Shown: positions 12,362-24,866 of the stretch, in pieces
Numbering within the stretch: the first letter of the stretch is position 1
Layout of the letters: every line of letters begins with the position of its first letter
Assembly (NCBI RefSeq): GCF_009914755.1
Contig: NC_060929.1
DNA from: the human T2T-CHM13v2.0 reference genome, Homo sapiens
Strand: one strand, 5' to 3'
Length of the DNA: 64,000 bases
Notes under the pieces: model-generated
Databases searched by the model: none
What the model was told of the DNA's origin: nothing
What the model saw: the letters and a program-made list of their open reading frames with translations, nothing else
Translations under genes and position numbers: made by a program

Positions 12362-14428
12362 GATGAATTTTATAACAGAGAATCCTGACAAGCACCACCT
12401 CAGCCAGGTGAGGGAGGTCAACTTGAACAGTGACAAGTCACCAGGAGAGTATGGATGCTGGAGATGGCGTGATGGAAATGGCAACTTACCTCTGTGGACG
12501 TCCCTTCAAAAACACATAACCCAGTTTAATTATGAAAACAAAATAAAATGCCTGACCAGTGCTCCCCAAAACCATCAAGGTCATCAAAAACAAGTAGAGT
12601 TAGGGAAATTTTCACAGCCAAGAGAAGCCCAAGGAGACATAATAAGTAAATGTAATATGATATCCTGAATAGGAGCCTGAAACAGCTGAAAGAGGTGAGG
12701 TAAAAACCAAGGAAATCTAAGTAAAGTGTGGACTTTCGTTAATGATAATATTCATCAATATTGTTTTATTAGTTATAACAAATGTGCCATACCAAACTAA
12801 GATGTTACTAATATGAGAAGCCTGTGTGAGGTATATTAGAATTCTCTACACTATCTTCATAATGTTTTCTGTCTGAATTTGTCCTCAGAGAAAATATTTG
12901 TTTTTTTAAAAATGAAGGAGATTTTAACTTCCTGACAAACAGAAATAACATGGACTAGATAGACTTTTTCTTACACTTTAGAAAAAAACAAAGCAGACAA
13001 AACATATAAAATAGAAGTTTCAACAAACATCAAGCAATGAAGACCATGGATGCTGACAGATGGGAGACAAAGGTGGTGAGCCCTGTAGGGGCTTGAGCGG
13101 CTCCTTGGAGGGCATTCCCACAGTGCGGTGCAGGGAGGGGTACCCTGGCAGAGGTGAAGATGAGGGTTTAGCAACTAGAAATAGGAGGACAGAGTAGCAG
13201 AGATGAGGTACACACATAAAGAGAGAGAGAGGGAGAGAGAAGAGAGGAAACATCCAGGAGATACCGAATCACCGCTGAGTAGGAAGGTGATAATGATGAA
13301 TGAATGTGTAAGAACACGAGTGAAGGCTGGGGAAAGAACCACCCAGAGGGTGGAGGAACGATTCTTAGAGTTCGCACAGTGCCTGTTCCCCGAGCCAGAG
13401 AGAAAAACCTTCTTCACAGGACACTGAGTAGGGTCCTCAGTGTGGTGTACTCACACCTGTAGCAGGAAATAGACTAAGCACTGCTCCAATCCTGCCTAAC
13501 AAATCTCAAAAGAAGACCCAAAAGGATACAACGTTTAAATAAATTTAATGTGGTCTCAGAACAATGTCCAGTAGTATTTATAGCAGCAATACAGAAATAT
13601 TCAGCATCCAACAAGCTAAAACTCACAGTATCTGACATCTAATAAAAAAATGACCAGGCATGCAAAGAAGCAGAAAAATATAACTCAGGAGAAGGGTTAA
13701 TTATTTGAAACCAACACAGAACAGACTCAGAGTTAGAATTAGCAGATGAGGATATCAAGCAGTTATAACTGGATTCCTTTTGTTCAAAAAGTCAAGTAGA
13801 AATATAGATGATATAAAGAAAGACCCACATAAATCTTCCAGACTTGAAAGATACAATTTCTAAGATGAAAAATATATGGAGATGGGATCAACAACAGACT
13901 AGACATTTCAGAAGAAAAGATTAGTGAGTTTGAAGATAGTAATTTAAGCTAGCTGAATTAAAACAAAGTCAATTAAAAAGACAATAGTGAACAGAGCACC
14001 TGTGAATTCTGGAACAAATTCAAGTAGCCAAATATACATGTAATTGAAATTCATGAAGAAGAAAGGAACTGGGGCCAGAAAAAGTATTTAAGAAATTATC
14101 CACCAAAATTTCCATTTGTAAAGAAAATTATAAACATACAGTTCTAAGAAGATCAACAGACACCAATCACAAGAAACATGAGAACTACAAGGCACATCAA
14201 AATCAAAATGCTCAATAGTAGTGATAAAGAGAAAATTTTAAAAGCAGCCAATAACAACAAAAATATACATTTTGTAGAAAGAAATCAAGATAAGGATGAC
14301 TGCAAGTTTCTCATTGGAAACAATGCAAGCGAGAAGATAGTGAAACAACATATTTGAAGTTCTGGAAAAAGAATAAATCGATCTAGAATTCTATATCAAA
14401 CAATTATATCTTTCAAAAACAAAGGTGA

Positions 14429-14580
14429 GGCTGCGCACGGTGGCTCACGCCTGTAATCCCAGACCCTTGGAAGGCCAAGGTAGGGGTTCACTTAGCTCAG
14501 TAGTTCGAGACCAGCACGAGCAACATAGAGAGACTTCATCTCTACCCAAAATCAACAAAAAGCCAACCAGACAAACAAAA
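14429..14580 (+). mobile_element. Free left Alu monomer (FLAM-like)
   Basis: Single Alu left arm GGCTGCGCACGGTGGCTCACGCCTGTAATCCC...GTTCGAGACCAGC with an A-rich tail. CAAAGGTG on both sides is a likely TSD remnant. Confidence 0.85.
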
Positions 14581-15319
14581 ACCCAAAGGTGGAATACAAT
14601 TTCAGACATACAAAAGTTGAAAATATTCACCACCATCAGACTTAAAATGCAAAAAATGTTAAGGTAATTCTTCAGACAGTAGAAAGTGATACTGGATGGC
14701 AACATGAATGGGATGAAGTGTGCTGGGAATGGTAACTATATGGATAAGTATGTAAGCTCTTTTCCTATTATTTAAATCTTTTAGAAGAATGATTGGCAAC
14801 GTAAGCCAAAATAACGACAAGTATGGGTTTATTACTCTTATATATATGAGTAAAATGTATGAAAACAATTGAACAAAGTTTAGAAGGTGAGAAGTGAAAG
14901 GATATTATCATAAGATTTGTATATTATACATTAAGTGGCATAACATCACTTCAGGGTAGACTGAATAAGGTAAACTCTATACTACAAATTCTAATGACCA
15001 AAACAACAATAGCAACAAAATATTAAAAGCAATAAATAACAAGAAAACCAAGGAGGAAAAAATGAATCAATAAACAATTAATCCAAAAAAGGCAAAAGAG
15101 AACACAAAACAAATGAAATAGAGGAAAAATTAAAATGAAGAGAGTCTCTAAAAAGTTCATGAAAAATATGTACTATAAAAGAACTATGCATGGATTTCAA
15201 TTTTTTTTTGCACCAAAATAACCTTGTGCTAACTTGTCGTCACATGTCTGAACAGGATCTAGTCTGAGGCACTAAGAAGGGTAAGAGATCAGTTTGAAAA
15301 GAACCCCTATCAGAGCAAC

Positions 15320-16960
15320 ATGATTTCTGCTAAAGTTCTGTTCTTGAACCAAGAGCAAACATCAAATTTATGGTGAAGTTTGGATGGGAGAATGGTGAAA
15401 TCATTGCTGCTTTACAAAAAAATTATGGAGAAAAAGCCTCAAAGAAATCAGCAGCTTACAAATGAATTAATTCCTCTTAAGAAAAAATGAGGTGATGTTG
15501 AAGATGAAGTCTGCAGTGGCAGACCATCCACATTAATTTGTGAGGAAAAATATTATCTTGTTTGTGCCTTAACTGAAGGAGACCAACAATTAACAACACA
15601 AATAATAGCCAACACTATCACCATCTCAGTTGGGTTGGTTTACACAATTCTGACCAAAAAATTAAAGTGAGCAAACTTTCTACTTAATGGGTGCCAAAAT
15701 CGTTGTGCCTAGATCAGTTGCAGACAAGAACAGGACTTTCAGTGGAAATCTCAAACAAGTGAGATCAAGATGCTGAGGCACTTCTTTGAAGAATTAGAAT
15801 AGGAGACGAGCCATGGCTTTACCAGTACCATCCTGAAGACAAAGCACAATCAGAGCAATGGCCACCAAGAGGAGGAAGCAGTCCAGTCAAAAGAGGACCA
15901 GTCAAAAGAGCACAGGCCATGGCAACAGTTTTTTGGAATGCTTGAGGCATTCTGCTTTCTGACTTTCTGGAGGGCCAAAGAATGGACATCTGTTTATTGT
16001 GAGAGTTTTGAGAAAGTTAGCTAAAGCTTTAGCAGGAAAACGCCTGTGACAATTTCACCAGACAGTCTTTCTTCACCACAACAATGCTCTTGCTCATTCT
16101 TCTCAACAAACTGTTAATGGCTGTTGTAATACCTCAGTTCTTCTTAGTTTAAAAGAATTTAAACGAGAGACACACAGCAAAGGAGGTGCAACATAGAGTA
16201 ATTTATTGCAAAGGAGAAGGAATATTTTGAAAGTTAAGTGCAGAATAGACAGTACCCCCTGAGAGAGAGAGAGAGAATTCAGGGTGGGTGGCTCGTAAGG
16301 GTGAGACAGCAAAGACTGGCACTAGAGAGATTCCCTTTATGGGAGTTTTACGTGATTATTCCTAAGGAGGTGGGAAGAGGCGTTAATAGCAAGCATGTTC
16401 TGGGTGGTCCTCTGGGTGCACATGTGCAGTAGCTGTCCATGTTTGTTCATACATCACATGCCTCATTAACATCTTAAATCTCCACCCAGGGGCCCATTCT
16501 TTACTATTATAATGAGCCAAGGGTCAATTTGAGGACAGGTAAAGTCAAAGTGTGCATGCTTTCTAGAGAGGAAGTTCCCTGCTGAAGACTGCTTTGTTTG
16601 AATGAGCTAAATAACGTGAATGCTGAGGTTTATTGTGTTGAATGGTCACCACAGTTGCTGCATCCTGAGGACATGGTCATTTCCTTGACTACCTATCCTT
16701 CCTCAAAACCAGGGCAATTTTGTGAGGGTTTTAATGGTAAATATCATTAGGTATTTGCTTTACAGCTTTGATTTGCCTCCTTTAGAGTTTTCCTTTTTTT
16801 TTCTTTCCTAATCTTAAAAACATTTAAAGATCACCTATTTGTCTTCAGTTAACAATGTTCGAAAGACTAGATTGACATGGTTAAATTCCTAGAACCCTCA
16901 GTTCTTTCGAAATGAATTAAATAGCTGATGTCATCACTTATAAAAATGTCTTAGACTTAA
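15320..16960 (+). pseudogene. Decayed mariner (Hsmar2) DD34D transposase
   Basis: ATG at 15320; WVPK at 15688; GDE at 15802; LHH(D>N)NA at 16071; degraded YSPDLAP near 16760. Multiple stops and frameshifts plus an LTR insertion. Confidence 0.85.
16112..16705 (-). mobile_element. ERV1 (MER4-group, MER83/84-like) solo LTR
   Basis: TG...CA termini. The minus strand begins TGAGGAAGGATAGGTAGTCAAGGAAATGACCATGTCC. AATAAA on the minus strand. 4-bp TSD AAAC at 16108-16111 and 16706-16709. Subfamily is tentative. Confidence 0.8.
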
Positions 16961-17168
16961 TGTTCATTTTCAGAAATGAACATATTTGTATTTTTACTTG
17001 TATCTTTTAATTATACTTTTTCACTAACATTTTGAAGTTCCCTCACAGCAAGCTGATGGATTTGAACCTGATTATATTAATAATCACATTAAATGTAAGT
17101 GGTCTAAATACTCTAATTAAAATGCAATCATTGTATGATTGGATTAATCCAATCAGTTTTCTTGGTCA

Positions 17169-17541
<373 letters not shown>

Positions 17542-20442
17542 GACCCAAATAGATCCTCTCTATAAGAAACTACTTTAAATATAAAGGCACAAGTGAGCTA
17601 AAAGTTAAAAGTTATACCTTTAACATATATAAGAGATATAGCAAAATAACAGTTTAAAAATTTAACAATGCTATAGTGGCTATAGTACACCAGATAGACT
17701 TCAGAACCAAGGACATTACTACTTCATAAAGATAGAAGCATCAATTTATCAACGGATGAAACAATATTAAACATGTACATATAATAACAATGCTTCAAAA
17801 TAGATGAAGCAGAGCTAATAGAACTATAAGAATCAATAGACAAAACCACAAAAATAGTCAAGGTTTCAATGACTCTCTCTATATGATTGATAGTAAAAGA
17901 AGATAGATACTGTCATTTAAATAACCTAATTTACATTTATAGAGCACTCTACCTAAGAATAGGAGAGTATACATTCTTCTCAAGCACACAAATAATTTAC
18001 CAAGGTGGACCATGCTCTGGGTCATAAAACAAGTCTCAATAATTTAAAAATGATTCAAGTCATACAAAGTATCTTCTCTGTCTACAATGGAAAAAAGTTA
18101 GAAATCTACAGTAGGAATGACTCTTGAAAAAACCCTTCATATTTAGAAAATGGCACAAAAAAATCAAATCAAAAGGGAAATTAGAAGTAAAAACACAACA
18201 TGTTAAAATTTGTAGCATGAAGCAAAAGCAATGTTAGAGGGTTATTTATAGCATTAGATGCCAATGTAGGATAAAAACATAGTCTCAAATCAATCAACTC
18301 AACCTCTATGGAAAAGAAAAAACTAGAGGAAGAAGAAGTTAAACCAACAGCAAGTAGAAGAAAAGAAATAATGATTATAGACGAACGAATTCAAAGTAAT
18401 AGAAAACAGAAAAAATAATAGATGAATTTAAATAAGGTTACATCCTACTAAATATTTAAACAGGAAATAATACTAACCCTACAAAAGCTCTTTCAGAAAA
18501 CGGAAGCAGAAAGAATGTTTTTTTTCAATGTGTCCTGTGAGGTCAGCATTACCCAGACACAAAAACCGGAGAAAGACATTGTAAGTAATGAACACAACAG
18601 ACCTACAATTCTCATGAATGTAGATGCAAAAAATTCTAAATATAATTTTAGCAAATTGAATCCAGCAATATATAAAAAGAATAATATAGCCCAACAAAGT
18701 AGTGCCTATTCCAGAAATTTAAGGTTGGCCTAACATAAAAAATAGATGCAAGTTATTATATAGACACCCTAGGGAAAAAAAATATGACTGTCTCAACATT
18801 CCAAACCATTTTTTTACCAAAACCAATTTCAATTGCTAATTTAAAAAATGTTTTAGAGAACTATGAATAAGAGAACTTTTCCTCAATATGATAAAGGGCA
18901 TCTAACAAAAAAATTGAGGATTAAAAAACCCCAAACGCAAAAATATAATTAACATCTTTAATGGTGAAACATTAAATTCTTTTCTCCCAAGACAAGGATG
19001 TTTTATTTGTCACTTGTACTTGACATTGTACTGGACATTATAACTAATGTAGTAAATAAAAAAAATCAATCAATCAATGAAACCCCAAATGACACAAAAA
19101 GAAATAAAAACAGATGTAAGGCATCCAGATTGTAAGTGAACAGGTAAAACTGTTTTTCTTCTCAGATGACATAGTAATCATCTGTAAAAGAACACTTATG
19201 GAATGTACACAAAAGTTATAAAAACTCATGAGTTTAGCAGACTGCTTAATACAATGTAAATATACAAGTAGCAATCTTTTTTATCCTTGCAATGAATTAT
19301 TTTACATTAAAATTAAAAATGACTATTTACAGTAGCATCAGATCAAAATGTGCAAGTCCTGTGTACTAAAATCCATAAAACATCACCAAGAGAAATTAAG
19401 GAACATCTAAACAAATGGAGAGATATATCATGTTCTTGGGATTAAAAATTCAGTATTGTTTTAATTTCTTCCCAAATTTACATATTCAATGTTATCTCAA
19501 TGAGTACTAGCAAGCTTTTATTTTTGTAGAAATTGATGAACTTATTCTAAAATTAATTTGAAATTGCAAAGGGCTTTTAATTGTGGAAACAACTTTGAAA
19601 GCAGAGAATAAAGCTGAAGGATGAACACTAGTTTAAGACTTACAACTACAATAATCAAGAAAGTGTGATATTGGCATCAAGTTAGACAACTAGATAAATG
19701 GAATGGAATAGAGGGTCCAGAAAATGACAACAGCCTATAGAGATAACTGATTTCTAAAAGGAATGCAAAGGCATTTTAGCAGAGAAAAGGCAGCCTTTTA
19801 AAGAAATGGCGCTACAACAATTAAATAGCCACATGCAAAGAATATACTTTGATCCATACATCTCACAGAAATAGATTATTGCCTTATATGTAAAGGCTAA
19901 AACCATAACATTTTTGGAAGGAATTAGGAGAAATTCTTCGTGACCTTGAGTTAGGCAACGATTTCTTAAATATGACAAGAAAGGCATGGTCTATAAAAGC
20001 AAATATGATAAATATGACTTCATAAAAATTAAAACACTTACTCTTTGAAAAACACAGCTAGTATAATGAAAAGACAAGCCATTGGCTGGAAGAAAATATT
20101 TGCTTGTCTTATACAGCAAAGGACTTTTAACCAGATTAGGTAGATAACTGTTAAAACTCTATAAAATGAAAAGAGACAGTGATTAAAAATGATCTATTGG
20201 TTTGAATGGACACTTCACCATAGAAAATGTGTGAATGGAAAATAAGTCCATAATAAGATGATCAATACCGTTAGCTCTTAGATAAATGCAAGTTAAAACC
20301 TCAATGAGACATGATTGCACAGTTATTAGATGGCTAAGATTAAAAAGACTAATGACGCCAGGTGCTGGTGAGGCTGTATAGGAACTGGAATGCTCACATG
20401 TCACTGGTTAAAATATTAAATGTTACAACCGCTTTGGAAAAG

Positions 20443-21590
20443 TTTTATATTTTTTTTTAGTTTTGTATTTTCGATTTTTATTTAAAATCTCCTAATATTA
20501 TTTTTTGAGCCTATTAATGGTATAGGGGTTTATTGCAAAATTATATAAACATTTTTAAACAAAAGGTAAGTAAGTATGGATCATACAATAAATGACAAAA
20601 TACTACTGTGTAATACTTAATATGTGGGTGTTAGACAAAGTGTTAGACTTCATAGAATTTCTAAGGCAGCTTTGTTCTGCCTTTCTTTTCTACACACATT
20701 TCACACATATTTAACATGAGTTTTCCTTTTTCCCACTGACCTTCTCACCTGGCAGCTTGCTTCTGAGTCTTTCACACAAGCCACACACAGCTGCTTGGTT
20801 GAGCACTTAAGTGGCCATCAGGCAGCAGTGTCCCTAGATGTTCCTGCTCCAAAGCACGTTTTTAAAGTGAGTAGCTGCATTCTGTCCTTGAAAGAAAAGT
20901 GTGAATAACATCACATCAGAAAGGACTGGAGAAGGAGAAGCAAATCTTAGCGGGTGTTAAATGGCTTCCAGTGTGCCTGGCAGACTGAGATGAGACCGCA
21001 GCAGAAACCAGAGGCACGAAGCCCACCTCAGCCTATTGTGAAGAATCTTTTAATATAATACTCTATACTTCTTCGTCAAAATCTTGTATTGGGTACTTTT
21101 GTTGAATTTTCAATTATATTATCTTTTGTTTCCTGTAAACTAGGTCAAATTTTCCTGAAGGTCTGATATAGTATATTTCCTTTTTAAATCATATATAATG
21201 TGTAATAATATTTTAATACATGAAACAGTCAAATGAAGACAGTTTTTACTATTTAATACATGAGACAATCAGTCAAAGGAAGACTTTTTTACTGTTGATC
21301 TAAATGCTTGATCATACTGTAATTAAAAAGTGAAATAGCTGAATTTATTGATCTAAGAGCATTTATGGATCTTCAAAAGTATTCACTACGTTAGTAATAG
21401 ATGCAAATAATGGATATTATGGCACAATGACTAGTCTAAGAGAGGCGACGTGTTGTCATTAATTTTTTTTCATTCAAATCTATTTATTTTTATTTTTAAA
21501 ATTGTAGTAAAAATCACACAACATAAAATTTACCATCGAACCTATTTTAATTGCATAGTTCGGTGACATTAAGTGTATTCACATTTATGA
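20443..21590 (-). mobile_element. Antisense insertion in L1: short L1MB-type 3' end (21481-21585), about 1 kb of non-L1 sequence and a T-rich tail; putative 3' transduction
   Basis: The host L1 breaks at CTTTGGAAAAG (20442) and resumes at AAAAGTTAAACACAACTACC (about 21616). T-rich tract at 20443-20471. TTTATT (AATAAA on the minus strand) at 20477-20482. Confidence 0.6.
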
Positions 21591-22225
21591 ATATACTGCA
21601 AATAGTTTTTTTTTCAAAAGTTAAACACAACTACCATCTGACATGGCAATTCCATCCCTATGTACTTCCCAGGAGAAATGAAAACATGTGTGTTTATAAA
21701 GACTTGAACACAAATGTCCATGGAAGCTTTACCTGTAATTGCTAACAACCAGAAATGACCCAAATGTTAATCAACAAGTGAATGGATAAAAACTAATACA
21801 TCCATTCAGGGGAGTAATACTTAGTGATATAAAGGTTAAAAAAAAACCCGTTGAGACATACAACATGGACAAATCTCAAAATAATTATGCTGAGCCAAAA
21901 AGCCAGACAAAGAATAATACATAATTATGATCTTATTTTATAAAATTACAGAGAATGCAAATGAATCTCTAGAGACAGAGGTTAATCAGTGATTGCCTAG
22001 GGAGGGTGGGGGAGAGGGGAGGAGTAAGAAGGAACAATTTCAAAACATTATCACAAAGCAAATTCCCAAGGAGATGGATAATATCCTGATTTTGATAGAT
22101 TCAGTGTTTTCTATGGGTTTTTACATCTTTAAAAATCTATCCAATTTTATATTTTAAATGTGTATAATGTATATATCAATTGTATAATTCTTATATAAAT
22201 TCAGCCTCAATAAGGCTGTTAAAAA

Positions 22226-22700
22226 ATAGAAGCAACGTGAAGACTGTCTCAGACATACAAAAGTAGAGAGACGCCACTGTCAGCAGCCGGCACCACCAGG
22301 CACTAAAGGACATTTTAGAGTTGGTTTCCAGACAGAGGGAAATGATAAGAAATAAAAATGAGGGTCTACACAAAGGAACAGGAGTGGGTGTAAAATGCAT
22401 CAGCAAATACAAAGCGTGTTTTACCGTATTTTGAAATCTCTTTATTGAACATTGTTTTAAACAGTAATAATAATACATTTGGGGTTTATAAGTAGAAGCA
22501 AAATGTCTGCTAACAATAGCACAAGGGCTGGGAGGTGGGAAATGGAACCAGGCAGTTGTAAGATTATTAAATTACATGGGAAGTGATGCCATATTATTTG
22601 TTATTCTTGGGTATTCTTGATAAGTTAATGCTGTGTATTGTCAACTCCAGAGCAACCATTTATAAAAACAAACATGATTCATACACCACTTACAAAGCTA
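22226..22700 (+). mobile_element. Continuation of the outer L1M (ORF1 end and inter-ORF region)
   Basis: GAAGACTGTCTCAGACATACAAAAGTAGAGAGA...CAGCAG is the ORF1 sequence that follows AAAAATGAAGG, where the element broke at about 9735. Confidence 0.65.
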
Positions 22701-22810
22701 ACAAAAATGTAATATAAACCCATGCACACTGTGTTCCAGCAGAACTTCAAAACAATTCTTAAATGATGACTTGGTGGGAATTAGTCACTAGAATTTTCCT
22801 TCATGGCCTT

Positions 22811-23012
22811 GCAGACCGAGGACTTCCGCCAGCTTTCGCATGGGAGAGCGTCCTGGCACGGGGTGTCTTTGACGTGGGCAGACTGAGGACTTCAGCCAGC
22901 TTTCAAATGGGAGAGCGTCCTGGCACGGGGTGTCATTGACGTGGGCAGACCGAGGACTTCAGCCAGCTTTCACATGGGAGAGCGTCCTGGCACGGGGCGT
23001 CGTTGATGTGGG
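22811..23012. repeat. 67-bp tandem repeat, 3 copies
   Basis: GCAGAC(C/T)GAGGACTTC...GGGAGAGCGTCCTGGCACGGGG starts at 22811, 22878 and 22945. Confidence 0.95.
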
Positions 23013-24254
23013 CCATGAGTTTGCACCTTTTCAGATGGTGGGAAGCCACTCACAAGTGACAGAGGGTGTCACATGATACACAAAACCGAAAGGAAGCCCT
23101 AATCCCGGCAGGAAAGGTCTGTGTGAGGATTCACCAAGAGTGGACGTCCAGGAGTGTGTGACGCCGGAGCCGGTGTGCCCCACGCATGTGTAGGTGCTCA
23201 CAGGCACACGCCTGCACGGAGGGCTGTCTGTCCAGGCCACTGCTGTGTGGTGGCCTCACTGCTGCCTTCCTTAATGGCTGATAACACTAAACTCTTTGAT
23301 GTATCCAATTCCCTGCTTTATTTTAACTCAGATTATTCCTTACTGTGCCTTTGGCCATCAAATATTGACTGCATGATAACATTGTACTTTGTTTCTGTTG
23401 TCAGTGCATGACGTTTTCCACTCTCTAGGGAGTTCCACTGCCAAGAGAACACAACTCATCACCAGAGGAGACAGGATCGGGGAGGAGGCGGCCAGCCCTG
23501 GCCCCGGCCACAGGAACACTGGCGTCCCCTGGCTGGGAAAGGACAAGGTGTGCTCCAGTTCTGGCCACGTCTGTCTGGTTTCCCCATCAGAGGTGGTGGC
23601 TTGTGAACTAGGAGCGCTCGAGTCCCAGCGCCGTGGCCCAGTCACCAGACGGTGGGTGGGGAGCCGGGCTGGGCCCTCGCCCTGGCCACAGTGCAGCCCG
23701 CTCCACTAGCTGGGACCCGGCTTCCTGCAAAACCAAAGCTCAAGGCTGGGCAGGGCAGCCAGCTGTGTCCCAACTCACCCCAAGTTTCTGCACTTCATGT
23801 CCGAGCAGATGGGCTTTCAGAGGGGACGCTGCCCTAGGGTTTCACAGCCACTTATGCTGAGTGATGCCCAAACCTGTAACTCCCAGTCACTGATCCTAGG
23901 ATCCTTGAACCACAGGATGCTGACCTCATTTCCCCACCCATTGGTGGATGCGTTCATCAGAGTCTTCCAGAAACCGCGGTGGGGGGATCGCCCAGGATCG
24001 CACTCAGGAATCCCGCCGAGGGAGCTCTGTGAATGCAATTTAGGCGACCGCACTTTCTAATGTTTGAAATATTGCGTCTAAGGAGACATTTCTCTAAATG
24101 TCACAGGAGACACATGCATGTTTAAGAAATGTACATGAAAGAACATACTTGAGTATATGCCAAGTATGATGACCTAGCTATGATAATTTTCAAAAATGTA
24201 GCAATCGTATTGTCAGAAACTATTATTTTAGAGGTTAGAATGTTGACCACCCAT

Positions 24255-24866
24255 TTGTTTTTAAATTATTATTATACTTTAAGTTTTAGGGTACATGTGC
24301 ACAATGTGCAGGTTTGTTACATATGTATACATGTGCCATGTTGGTGTGCTGCACCCACTAACTCGTCATCTAGCATTACGTATATCTCCTAATGCTATCC
24401 CTCCCCCCTCCCCCCACCCCACAACAGTCCCCGGAGTGTGATGTTCCCCTTCCTGTGTCCATGTGTTCTCATTGTTCAATTCCCACCTATGAGTGAGAAC
24501 ATGTGGTGTTTGATTTTCTGTCCTTACGATAGTTTGCTGAGAATGGTGGTTTCCAGCTTCATCCATGTCCCTACAAAGGACATGAACTCATCCTTTTTTT
24601 ATGGCTGCATAGTATTCCATGGTGTATATGTGCCACATTTTCTTAATCCAGTCTATCGTTGTTGGACATTTAGGTTGGTTCCAAGTCTTTGCTATTGTGA
24701 ATAGTGCCACAATAAACATACGTGTGCATGTGTCTTTATAGCAGCATGATTTATAGTCCTTTGGGTATATACCCAGTAATGGGATGGCTGGGTCAAATGG
24801 TATTTCTAGTTCTAGATCCCTGAGGAATCGCCACACTGACTTCCACAATGGTTGAACTAGTTTACA
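24255..24866 (-). mobile_element. Young L1PA (L1PA2/3-like), 5'-truncated, about 600 bp
   Basis: Near-consensus 3' end TTATTATACTTTAAGTTTTAGGGTACATGTGCAC. ORF 24588-24908 gives an almost intact ORF2p C-terminus (LVQPLWKSVWRFLRDLELEIPFDPAIPLLGIYP). Confidence 0.95.

Larger units (their letters stand above)
9735..12908 (+). mobile_element. L1MD-like 3' UTR fragment hosting the VNTR, an inverted insertion and an Alu
   Basis: Contains GCTGACCTAAGTAACTTTGGAAATGAG, GGAACCAGGGCTTCTTAGAGAAATGGCTGATT and GTCCATACTGATAT. Flanked by a near-duplicate AAAATGAAGG(T/A)GAT at 9721 and 12909, a putative TSD. Confidence 0.75.
15136..17045 (+). mobile_element. Full-length HSMAR2 mariner DNA transposon, split by an LTR
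   Basis: Left end GTCTCTAAAAAGTTCATGAAAAAT...CTATGCATGGATTTCAA and right end ACATTTTGAAGTTCCCTCA are degenerate inverted termini. Internal sequence follows the Hsmar2 consensus as I recall it. Confidence 0.9.
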
